Assembly: GCF_002105155.1 (NCBI RefSeq)
Contig: NW_019028995.1
Coordinates: forward strand, 744,001-808,000
DNA length: 64,000 nucleotides
Source of the DNA: Lobosporangium transversale
Taxonomy: Eukaryota
Direction of reading: 5' to 3'
Shown here: positions 28,144 through 39,910 of the stretch, piece by piece
How the letters are laid out: each line of letters starts with the position of its first letter
How positions within the stretch are numbered: the stretch's first letter is position 1
The notes under the pieces: generated by a model
Told to the model about the DNA's origin: nothing
Seen by the model: only the letters and a program-made list of their open reading frames with translations
Database searches by the model: none
Translations under genes and position numbers: made by a program

Positions 28144-28370
28144 CAATTAGCTTCGGATGATATCCGGTCAATTGGTTGAACAGAAGTCGCACTGTTGCCT
28201 GGCTTGCTGGTCAACAAGGTGTGTTGTTTCTGGCTGAGCTGTATCTGTGATGAAGCAACTGGATCTGCTGCGGATGATGTGTGGTTCTCTTTTGATGAAT
28301 TAGAGAAGCGATTTGATGTTGAGATGAAAGATGGTAATGATGGATTTCGTCCACCGACAGTCCAGGACAT
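26272..28370 (-). CDS. GDA1: Golgi guanosine diphosphatase (GDA1/CD39 family)
   Basis: Three exons. Apyrase motifs MIDAGSSGSR, ATAGLRLL, MEGSDEG/VYAWVTVNYL, MDLGGASTQI, HSYLGYGL, TGWCLGA. One TM after a long polyQ-containing N-terminal region. Confidence 0.93.
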
Positions 28371-28404
28371 GAGACTGATGAAACAAATAAGCGATGGTGC
28401 TATC

Positions 28405-28435
<31 letters not shown>

Positions 28436-28603
28436 GACGGGCATGTCTATCAATAGAACCGCACATGTACTTTGTTGCTGACACTAAAGGTTGGTGGTGA
28501 TACTTGTCAATATGGATTCGAGCATTTGTAACACCTACGACTGGATTATTTAATAAACATTTTGTAGGTTTTGGTTCTTCATTTGCACCATGTACTCTCA
28601 TCC

Positions 28604-30996
28604 ATGAAACTCTCTGTTGGCTCCATTTTTGAAGCCTTGCTCCTTCTAGGTTCACAGGTCTTGTTCTTCTCACTCGCATGGCAGTTTCTCGTTCAGGGTC
28701 TTGTGCGTGACTATGCTTCCAACAGTTCCGACCAGGAATTCCTTCTTTCAGTCTTCCCCACAAGTACATACAGGCGCAAGCAAAAATGGTGGCAAGGTGG
28801 CATGCTCGTTCAAGTTGTGTTTGCACTCACATTGACTTGGAGCTGTCTGCTTTTTGAGCTCATTATTCTCGAAATCCTCGGAATGTTCAGTCGCGAGTAT
28901 GCTCTCTGTCATTGAAATGTCCATGGATTGATGGACAAGATGAGGCTAAAAGAAAGGAAACATTATTTACAAATTTCAATCGGTCTGTACTCATATAACC
29001 AAATAGATCCCGCTGGTATTTTTGGAGGCTCATTTTGTATGCCATGCTAGGACTTGTCATTGTGATCATTCCGTACTATCAATGCGTCCTCATTGTGCAG
29101 AATACAGGTTAGTTAAAATATTAGCCATGTCTTGATCAGGATTCAGCCATATTCCCGATGCTGACATCTACTGAGCATGCGTTTTAGGGATATCAACTCA
29201 AAAAGCGCTGCCAATCGCAGCTGCCATATGGTCAATATACTTTTACCTCTTTATCAAGGTCGGGAATGGGTTCCCTACTCCAGGTTAGCGAACGTATTTG
29301 ATCGGTCATTGGCATGATGATCTATAGATTACACGCGCTTACAAGTATAATACTTCCTTAGGAATATTCTCTATGGAATGGGGGATGTCGCGGGTTGGAA
29401 TTATCGGAGTGACAATAAGCGCCATCCTCTCTGGATTTGGAGCTGTCAATGGCCCGTATTCAAACTTGTTTTTCTTTTTACGGTAATTATACCACGAACA
29501 TTAAGAGATTCAAACCAAATTTATTGACAAAGAGCTTATAATCCACATACTGTTTCAATTTGTCAAAAATCTAGTCAAGTCACGGATGTCGATATCCAAC
29601 TTGCAGAAAAAAAGTGTATGCAAACCCTGGAGATGATTGCAAGGAAAAAGAAGCAAATTATGCTCCAGGAGACTAGGCTTGGAGCACTTGATGTGAGTCA
29701 ACCATAAGAAGTAGTTGGTAATAGCTGTTGGTCAACGTATATGTAATAACATGAATAAGTCTTCATTGAAACAATATCTGCCAACTCTTCCGGTATAGCC
29801 AAACGCGTCCAAAGTTGGAGGCTTTGTACGCAAGATTTTCGGTACCGTTTCGGGCAGTTCTGGAATGGAGGGTAAGATGTGATTGATTAACATTTATAAC
29901 CTTTATTGTTCTGCTTATGGTCTGTAACGTCATATTGACTTTCTACTTGTCTCCAGATCTGCAGGGTCTGAAACAGGAACTGGCTGCCCTGGAAGGAATA
30001 TCTAGGCAATTGTTCCTGGATATTGATGACCTATATGTCGAAAAGGTCCGAACAATACTGTCTTTGGGTCCTTTTTATAACTCCCAGTTTGTTGCAAAAT
30101 ATCTAATTTGTTTTCTGTATTCTCCAGGCGCGATTAGAGTATTCAAAAACATGGCAAGGCAAATATAGTAACCTCCTGGGTTATATTTTCTCAATTTACT
30201 GCGTCTATAAACTGGCGATGGTAATTTGCACTTACCTTTTTTTTTTTTTTGTGCTTGGTATACTGTCAGTTCAATTAACATTCAGATTATTTTACACAAT
30301 GTAGGCGCTCATAAACACTTTGTTCAGTAGAGCTGGGTCAACAGATCCTATCACTGCTGTTATCAGCAAGTTTATTTCGTACACTAATATGAAGATTGAT
30401 GTACGGTTTTGGTCGCAGCAACTCAGTTTCTTTTTTGTTGGACTCATGATCTTTCTATCAATACGTGGACTGTTGCAGGTGCTATCCAAGTTTTTTCGTG
30501 CCTTTTCAAGACATATCTCTTCCAACAATATCATTTTATTCTTGGCACATATTATGGGCCTTTATTTCTTGAGCTCTGTTCTTACCATGCGCCAGAGTCT
30601 CCCTATCGAGTACAGGTCCATCATTTCCGATTCACTTGGCGCTCTGGAATTTGATTTTTATCACCGATGGTATATTTATACATATATACTTTTGGTTGCA
30701 GGATTACATTGATTCCATTGCTAACTTTTTTTTTTTTTTTTTTTTTTTTTGGGCCTAATAGGTTTGATGTTATTTTCCTTATTAGTGGAATAGTCAGCAT
30801 GGCTTTCTTATATTTTGTGCACAAGGCTAGTGGTAGCAGTAATGTTCTTGCTAAAGATCCCACCTTTGAGCTTATGATTGAGCATGATATTTCTGATTAT
30901 CGTCTTTCCAAATCTCACGATTTCCAGTCCGCTAAATCCTCAGATTCACGTTACAGTATATCTTTGACGGCGCAATGGCGCTCGCGTGGATCTTGA
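28604..30996 (+). CDS. GPR89: Golgi pH regulator GPR89/GPHR (GTG-type) membrane protein
   Basis: Multi-exon. [80 protein letters not shown]. Confidence 0.92.
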
Positions 30997-31209
30997 TTGT
31001 AGAATAAATTTGAATTAAAATAGCAAATAACAAAAATAACATCAACCATTCGCAAGATAGTAGATGCTTACAGGGTAGAAGTATAATAAGACATGATGTG
31101 TATTGAATTTATCATACTGTCCTAATGTTGCTCTAAAAATGCACTCGTGTTATTTTTCTCTCTGTAACATAATCGTATTTCTCTCTTCCCTGTTTGTCTG
31201 ATTCATATA

Positions 31210-31900
31210 TTAATTGTGCTCGCTGTACTTGTAGTTCCACTGGTCTTTTGGTACAGGAGTCTCTAATGGCTCCCAACTATATTATAAGAGTGCAAGACAA
31301 GTGACATATTAGTAACAAGTTGGTAGGCTACATGTGGCTGGCTTTTTTTTTTTTAATGTATTTCGATAGTCGCACTTACGGCCTCCACTCGAGCATCTTG
31401 TCCGCCAACTTGAGCTCTTCCACGGCTTGAACAACAACCTCTTCGATCTGGCCAGCGTCTAAAGCCTCCTCGATCTTGGCAATATCTTCAATACTCTGAA
31501 CAATATTCAAGCGGTGGGTGGTCAGTGCAGTGGTAGCTTGACGATAGACAGCATGATCAGGAAACTTTTCCAAGGTCTTAAGGGTATCATTATAAATGGT
31601 GATGAGGTGAGGACGAGGATCAGGATGAACAGGCAAACCATAGAGACCAGTAGTCTATCATTGTCATTATAAACGTTGTGAATTAGATTAGATGTTGCAA
31701 ATTATGATATACAAAAATGCATCATACATTTCGGAACGAGTCTCCGAGATCTGCAGAGTTCGGGTGATTTATCCTTTGTCTTTTTTTTAAATACAATGCG
31801 TGTTGCTGCAAGCCAAAGTTTTCTGACAAACTAGCAATCTGGCAGCTGTGAGCTGTACCTTCTTGGTCACGGCGCTTAGCAGACGTCTAGTTGCGAACAT
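31210..31900 (-). CDS. NDUFA5: Complex I accessory subunit NDUFA5 (B13/NUFM)
   Basis: Three exons: MFATRRLLSAVTKK / TTGLYGLPVHPDPR...AVYRQAT...GQIEEV...MLEWRP / WEPLETPVPKDQW. Confidence 0.95.
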
Positions 31901-32960
31901 GGTGAGGATCAATGATGGGAGGAATGAAGAGATGTGTATTTCTACTCCTAATGCCTTAACGCCTTCAACAAAAGTTATTTTGGCTGAAGCTGCTTCACTA
32001 AGCTCAGTCACGTGATAAAGCAGAAATACCTGCAGCCTTCGCGATGGATTGATCTTCCTTCAGTGGGATATCGCCTTGTATTTCAAACCGCATTATTAAT
32101 GAACCAGCCTCGAATGCAGCTCAAAGAGGCAATGGCAAAAAAAAAAAACAGTGCGTTATGACACATTGAGCGATGATTTGATGCTCTGGCGCATCATCAT
32201 GGAGGCTAGTGTTGATTCCGAGCGGCTACTTAAGGCAACAGGATCTCTCTTAAGAGCACTTAAAGACGGTGTCAAGGTTATTCTAAAAGTCGTAGTGTAA
32301 CCGAATTGGTGTAAACATATTTACCTGGACAACAAGAATTGAGAAAGTATGGAGGCTATTGAGGTAAGCTCGCCCACAATTTAAGACGAATCATCAATCT
32401 GGGCTGAAGGAAATGTGTGGTTGTGAACTCACCACATTCGGATATTTAGTATTCGCTGTGGATAAAGAGCGTTGGTTGTACGTGCGGGTGATGGGCCTCT
32501 TCCTTTGAAGGAGCCGCATCATCAACCAACTGTAGTCCGTTTTAGCGAGGACCATGGAAGGCGTGTGTGTACAATCACTGGACTTAGCACAGTCGCAACG
32601 TGCCTCCTAGCGGGAGATGTGTTGTCGATATCGCTTTAAGAGCGACTCTTTTTCTTTAATTATTAGTTATCGCGTTCTTGGCGTCTCTCGGTGTAACGTT
32701 ACAGACTTTTCGAGTTTCTTCAAGTTTTTTTTTGACATATTCATAAACGATTAGATCCACGTCAGCTTGACTATATTAGGCTTTTTCAGATACAGCCTTG
32801 CATCATTGTCCTGAGCATGAGGACCTCAAGGCTTCAGCTTCGAGGTTGGAAGGTTCAAGTATGAATAACGGTGATTTACACTTCCATTTCGTGTTTATTG
32901 GGACTTTGAAGTAGCTACTTAACTATAAAATCTTATTCAAATAGAGCAGATCTCGGTCTT

Positions 32961-34318
32961 CTACTTACTGTCACCTGTCACCATGATTTCCATTCTATCA
33001 GGAGTCGTCATAGTGGGGATACCTTGAATGGCGATAGGCTTTGACCGTTTCCTGGTCAGCATTTCGGGTGTCGTCTTAATTAATGTCTGCACTTGGAAAG
33101 TGAAAAGAAAACGTCTTCGTGTAGATCTAGCTTCCCTAGAGTCACGGGCAGCGAAAACGACGACAACTTGCAGTGCAGGGTCGTATTGTTTACTCATCGC
33201 AAAGATCGCCACTTGCTTCCCGATGACCTGGAATGATACTACTGGAGGAATGGCAGTCCCCCCATATAAATCCAATGCATCCTTGTAAAAAATGGCTAGC
33301 CATAGACGATCGATGTTCTGGGATTCTGCAGTGGCCTTCTCCAGCTTAATCTCGCTATAGAACACCTCGGATTGACCCTCGGCCGCAAGTCCAATCACAT
33401 CAGGGCGACTAGGCAAATAACTCTGCCCTCCTTGGGCTCTTCTGGCACTCCCGGCTGATGAGCTAGAGTTCACGCTATTGGAGGAGTCAAATAAAATAAG
33501 ATTTCAATGAAGCTAGCTATCCCATAATAAACACCCTTTGCTGCACGTTTATGCTTACCAGTTAAACATGATCTCATGCTGGACGGACAAGAACTCCTCA
33601 AGCAGAGGTACAACAATCAACACCGTCCAACTCATCTCGGACCATGAAATCCTCCGGTTGTTAAACTTTCGAAACATGTTCAGTCCTACAAAAAAATAGG
33701 TGCTATCGCTTCCTCCTGGCAATGGTCGAAAGAACTCAAGACTTCTCTCATTAAGCTCAATGTCGAGATGGGTTTGGGATCGCGGTCCTCCTTCTCAGCC
33801 AGCCACATCTCATCAAAGGCCAGAGAGCGTAAAGCCTATATAAAGGTGTGAATGCAGGTTCTACTGTCTGAAAATCCTTTACAAAAAAGAATGCAGCTAT
33901 TATGAAGTCCCAAAAATATAGACGTACCTCCACCCAGCAGTGCTATTGGCTAGAAACTGCTTGCTCTCCTTATGTCCTCTTCCTCTGAAGTATAGACAGA
34001 ACTAAGGCATTCATTCTGATCGACGCCATCGCTTCTTGTCAAAGTCGTGGTGTTTGTCGCAAAAGTGCAGGATGCCGGACAACAGGCTGTAGTAGCGAAC
34101 GAGAAGCGTAAGAAGAAAGCCACATTAGAATATAGATGACAATCCTCAAAAACAAATTCATTCAGGCGTATGGCATACGCAATTCTGCCTACATCGTTAT
34201 GGTTTAGATTTTGTTCAACTCGAGCTCGGTTGTACCACGACGTTATGTCCGAGCCAGTGCATCGTGATGATATAGCTTGATATATAGTTTTTGCTGTTTT
34301 ATTTTTCTTCCTTGGCAT
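32961..34318 (-). pseudogene. Degenerate gene with C-terminal PD-(D/E)xK-like nuclease fold
   Basis: SRPDVIG...VFYSEIK..D.L.LAIFYKDALD..VVSFQVIG resembles restriction-endonuclease-fold domains expanded in Mucoromycota. Upstream frames are broken by stops. Confidence 0.55.
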
Positions 34319-34527
34319 GTAATAGATGGTTGTTTTCTGTAAGTAGAAATCACAGAGTTGATGGAAGGTAAATGGGCAAATTTGCCTGGTTTACAGTCCA
34401 AGGGATAAACTAAGTGAGTAGGCCTTGGCCATGGCTCGTGTTTCTTACTTTTTTTTTTTTTTTTTTTTTTTTTGGAGCGCATACACGGATTGAGCTGATG
34501 AACAATTTAGAAAAAATGCATCAATTG

Positions 34528-35005
34528 CATTCGAAAGTGGTTTTTATAACCAAATCCATTATGAAATCGGTTGTAAAAATGACTGAATTGACCTCCACAA
34601 AAGATATCCTTTAAAACGTGAAATTTAAAATCACATATATTGGTGCACATAACAAAATATGTCTTCACTCTTTATTCAGGCAATTAACACCATGATCAAA
34701 AAGATTATGAACAAAAGACGCAGCCATTCTCGCTTGAGGCGAAGGCATGAGCCGTAAAACTGAAGCCCCCTCCCCCCTTTCCTCTCTTCCAAGAAGGGTA
34801 AAGCATACATTAAACACGAACTGGAAGAAATCCAAACGATATTATGACACCACTTGAGTACTGTCATGAGGGAGATATATCAGCATAAAGTTGATGTACG
34901 CCAATATACGTGGCACGTTTTAAAATACATCTTTTGTGGAGGTCAATTCATCCATTTTACGACCGATTTCACTATGAATTTGGTCGTAAAAACCACTTTC
35001 GACTG
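34528..35005. mobile_element. Non-autonomous TIR element (MITE), 478 bp, about 92-bp TIRs, CAGT terminus
   Basis: 34528-34620 CATTCGAAAGTGGTTTTTATAACCAAATCCATTATGAAATCGG...AAAACGTG versus 34914-35005 CACGTTTT...CCACTTTCGACTG, followed by TA. The left flank is TG, possibly a mutated TA. Confidence 0.88.
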
Positions 35006-35454
35006 TAGTAGAGCTTTCGTATTTATTTTTCCTCTGGAACTATGGAGACAGCGATCTACCATTCAGACCACCGCTCAAATCATTTCATTCTTGACTTTAA
35101 AGAAACAGAAAGAAAAGCTGCGTCGAATAGCCGTATTTATTATTATGCAACAAAAGACTCCTTATAAACAAAAAATCTTCGGAGGAATCTTTGAAGCAAT
35201 CAGAGATGTAGCGACAACTCATATTTACAGGAGGTAAGAAGGAATGTTAATATATGGAGCTGGAGTATCTATAGAAGAGCACCACTTGTTTCCATTCTCT
35301 ATGCGTCGCCTGAGTTATGAAGGTGCCTTTTGTTTTCCCTTAACAGTACCATATCCACAAGATTGTTGTTAGTAAGAAAGTCATCCATTAAAAGGCGCAT
35401 CTTTAAGAGCCATGTCCCCTAAACCAGACTGTAAAATCATAGATAGCTTGCATT

Positions 35455-36720
35455 TTATTCCTTTTGGTAAGAAGAATCGGATAACGCAATATGGTGCGAA
35501 CGGAGTAAGTCAGCTACTTCATCCTTCGAATCCTCGCAATTCACAAGGCCATTCAGCTCAGAAATACTTGGCCAATTGTATATAATCCATGTGGCATCTC
35601 CATATTCCATAAACTGGCGGCGATCATTTGGGAATTCTGACAACTGCTTCAAATTGACTAATTCATCCAGACCTGCTCTTAACGTCAAGTCTAATGTTCC
35701 ATTATCATAATAGTATGTGTATGCCCCTGTCAAAGCAAGTTTCTGTAATCGGGTCAACCTGCCTAGCTGTCTAAACACAATACGCTGCTTCTCCATGCCT
35801 TCCAACGTGCATCTCTCAACATCAGCTTCAAGCTGGATGGCCAAAAGAATGAGGTTAGTGCTAACCCATTCTACTCCTTTGACGATTTCTGTCACTGTGA
35901 TTTTAGATCCTATCAGTTCCTTCAAACGTGGACAATTAGACAAGATCGCTTGAACAGTACCATCAGCCTCTTCGCTGTAGTGATACAATCGCAGAACCTC
36001 AATTGTATCGCAGAGTCTCCGATCCCTTCTCTTTTGTACTATACGTCCATGCAATGTTTTAACCTAATTGATATAACTTACTATGTAATATGGAACTAGA
36101 GTTCAATAGGACAAAGAGAGGGTTCTTATTTCTGGGCAGACGATATCTTATGTACTGAAAGATATCATCTGCCCCACGTGAGTGGTAATTTAAATTATCG
36201 TATACGCTATATGGGTCAATATGGTGCAGTCCATCCTCCAAATTCTTGTGTTCATCTGCTAGTAGTCTCGAATAGAGAGTGGACCGAAATTACAATATGG
36301 AGCGTCTAGCCGTTTTAGTTCAGTCATCTGACTGAGAAGCGCCGCCATATCCCCATCCTCTATTCCCAAAGTTGGGAGGCATAAATCTGATACACTCGTC
36401 AGCGCGTACGGACGACGAAGGAATGCTGATTTGTAGAAATCAATATGTGTTTGCCGCTTAAACCTGCTTTTCTCAATGATATCATTAAAATACAGTGAAC
36501 GTAATCCTGGACATCTCCTGGCCAACATCCCGAGGCAATACGATTGTGTATAATGTTCAGAATCAAGTATTTTGACATCAACAAAGCTTAGCCTAGTCAC
36601 ATTTGGGAAACTGGATTTGTCTGTGTCGTCGTTCAAAAAGTTGGAAGGCATCCGATCGATGATTACTTCAGACATACTCAGGTATCTAACTTTCTTAATG
36701 ACTTGAAAGGCTAAACCTAC
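35455..36720 (-). pseudogene. F-box/RNI-like LRR gene relic
   Basis: LRR-like RRCPGLRSL, LSQMTELKRL, AILSNCPRLKEL, VFRQLGRLTRLQKL, TLDLTLRAGLDELVNLKQL. Frameshift and interruption at about 36060-36260; no intact 5' end. Confidence 0.7.
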
Positions 36721-38229
36721 TTCATCGTAGGCTAGCTATAAATGGGCTTAAAATCCAGCAATCCATGGGCATTGTCTTGAAATTTTATTTCGATGTCGAA
36801 ATAAATGACCGAAAACTAAATTGTCATGGAGCTATCCTGGCTTCTTTATTTGTGCAAATAAAAAGCTCATGAAGACTTTCGCATGACCTTAGCGTCCGCT
36901 TGGGGCCCATTGTATCGTTTATTTATTGACTGGTGTAATATAACAGTGATAATATTCGCCGCCGTAGTCTCGACTTGAAAGGAGTGCAATCTGAGTTGAT
37001 TCATTCTACCACACCATAGAGCTTGACTAACTTGATCTTTTCCTTACAACTCGGCGAGACTTGATTTGTCACATCATTTGCTTCCTCGTCTTCTTGCGCT
37101 CCCTTGATATATCTGGGTTGGTAAACACTGCTAATAGAGTTTGGGCCTGTTGAAACCAGAAGGAACCACACCAACGTATCATACCCAAGGTGATACATAT
37201 ATATATGTTGGAGTGAATGGTGAAATGCCTGTGTGTGGTTCAGATATAATGGACATTTACAGCGAAAGAAAGTATTAAGAGGATGCGAGCAATTATGAGA
37301 GCAAGAAGGGTTTTGTATCCCTTTTCAAGTTCTTGACAACAGAGCATGAGTAGCAGTTGTGATCACAAGTTGATTTCGGTGAGTCCGCATAACAGTAGTC
37401 ATAGTGTCAAGCCCTATCTTCCATGCACGGCATGTACATTTTTGTTGTTTTCGGACTTGGCACCGATCATGCGAGGTATTTTTTTTCTGGGGGTTCCTTG
37501 TGTTAAGCGGCCAGACAGAAAGTTTAAAAGACATACAGGCACACCAACGGTGAAAAAAAAAAAAAATGTATGCGAGCAAACAGTTGTTGTTGTCTGCACA
37601 TGCCTTCTTGCATCGCGAAAATATTTGGCGGTACATGCATGGAATGGGGCCGAGAATTTTTTTTTTTGCAGATCTTGTTTCCTTTTTTGTCCATCAATCA
37701 CTATCAGCTGTGTGTACACGAACATGCACCCATGCACCAGGCTATTGAATAAACAGCTGAAGTGTCTCTTCGGTTTCTGCACATGTAGAAACACATTTTG
37801 CATCGCGGCGTTTTTTTTTTTTTTTTGTTTTCATCGCAAGAATCGGTCTTGCTCAAATTGAGAGGCAAGAGAGACCTACAAAGTACAAATCCACGGAAGA
37901 GTCGCCTGCTCTGGCTGCAAAGCGCGCACGACGCTAAACACAAGTATTTGGGTACCGGCACACCCACAAAAAATTTGTAAGTTCTGTTTATTTCCGTCTC
38001 CTGTATCCTTCTACCTGATCTTTTGCCCTTGAATTTACAGATCAATAGAAAGCGGAGTGATGTGGACAGAAGTAGGCTGGGGGGAGGAGATGGAAGAACA
38101 GGAGTGGTGGCAAGTGAAAGAAGGACGTATTGCATCGTGATGATACAGTTTGATATATACACGGTTTTGCAATTTTTTCTAAATTTTTTATTTACTCCTA
38201 TGGTATGCACTCATTATTAGCGTCCCAGC

Positions 38230-39000
38230 TCTTCAGTTCAATAAAAAACGTATCGAGTAGATCGAAATACCGGCATTGGTTCTGTGGGCTCAGGAACTAA
38301 GTTACCAGAAGTCAAGGCTTTTTGTGAAAAGGGGAAAAGCAAAGATGGGCAGCAAGATGAAATATGGGTGAAAAATGAAGACTTTATTGAGAGAGAAATT
38401 TCTTTGGCATTTATAGTACTAACCTAGGAATCCATATTTCTGACACTCTAGTTCATTTAATAGGACTACCAGCACGTAGATACAAACAACCTTCTGGCAT
38501 CTTGTTTCAAGGTTTGAAGGCACATGCGTTGGAAGGAAAACGCGATTTACGAATTGATTTCCTAATCTACGAATTGCAGGGGTCTATTGATCAGAACTTC
38601 AGGACACTGTATTTCAAGGTCAAAAATGGAATACAACCCGCGACGCTTTCTCAGTACGACCAAGAAAGACTGGCGAGTGCAATGGCAGAAAATCCCGCGA
38701 ACGCAAGGGCCATGGTATGCGAAAAGTTGATCGAAAGAGAGGTATGTGTCGGAGATTGACAACTTGATAAGGCTGATTGTATATGGATGAAGTTTAATCA
38801 TTCTTCTATCCTTACAGTTCGTGGTAAAGTCGTCCGCGGATTCCAGAGTAGAGTACTACGCTTTCGCGGATGTAGAGTGGCGCCTTCTTCAGTCATGTTC
38901 ATGCCCGATTATGTCCGACATAAGATCCCTTACAAGCACATGTATCTGGTGTCAAGGACCTACGACGGCTTCAATGTTCAAAATGTCACATATTGAACAT
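38230..39000 (+). mobile_element. Mutator-like (MULE) transposase C-terminal remnant with decayed SWIM finger
   Basis: HVDTNNLLASLFQGLK..KRDLRIDFLIYEL resembles the TNN..ES..LK..R.D.L segment of MULE transposases. After an intron, SCSCP is followed by a frameshift into DYVRHKIPYKHM, i.e. CxC..(C>Y)xH SWIM. Confidence 0.7.
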
Positions 39001-39465
39001 CAGGACAAGTACGTAAGTTCGACTTAGGTCCCTTTCTCAAGAGCTTTATCTCACCGGCTTTACTGCGCGGGCTGAATGTGGTGAGAGCTAAAGAGGGGAA
39101 AAAAAGAAGAGGCGAGGAAGAATTTTTGGTTCTATGAAAGAAGCTGGGACGTATAACATGTAGTAGATAAAAAAGAAAGCGCACACTGAAGGAAATGTAA
39201 GACTCAGTAGCAGATCTGAGAAATGTAATCGACGAGAGGCGTTCCACAATTTTCTGTGACGTTACACTTTTGTTTTTTGTAAGAAAAACCTGCGCACGGC
39301 ACACATGCATACATTTTTACACACACCCGGCTGTCCCTTTTCTTCCCTTTTTCGAATAACCTTTGGGGAAAGAAATCAAATCGGTCTCTGATCTGTTTTT
39401 CATTCTGCCATTTCATTCACCCCTTCTCCTCTTTTCAGTCTATTTCTCATTTTCCTTTGCCACCC

Positions 39466-39873
39466 ATGTCTTCTACACATACTCTTCCTGCCAAGGTACC
39501 AGCTCCTGTGCCTGTCTCTGGCACAAATGGACCGAGCGCCATTCAAAAGTTTATTCAGGAGAAAGACTGGAAGTTCTATGCCGCACTCGCTTCTGTCTCT
39601 TTGATTGCTGGTGCTGGCATTTACTACCTTACTCGGTCTCCCTCTACAGATGAGGCAGACGAACCAAAGTCTTCAAAATCAAAGAATAAGAAGAAAAAAA
39701 ATAAGAAAAAATCAGCTGCAAACAAGGACACTTCCATGTCTCAGGAAAAAGGTAGCGGGTTGTTGTAGTTGTTGTGTTCAATATCATTCACCTGTTATTA
39801 TTCACACAACAATCGTATTGTTCAGCAGATAAAAACATGGTCATGGAATTATCGATCTAACTCGATCTGCATG

Positions 39874-39910
<37 letters not shown>

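Noticed and set aside
27735..28826. 363-aa ORF starting at 28826 and overlapping GPR89 antisense
   Set aside because: The 5' part runs through a homopolymer and the GPR89 first exon; the plausible GDA1 start is ATG 28370.
37540..39335. Possible TIRs for the MULE remnant (AAAAATGTATGC / GCATACATTTTT)
   Set aside because: Only about 12 bp match; no extended TIR or TSD could be established.
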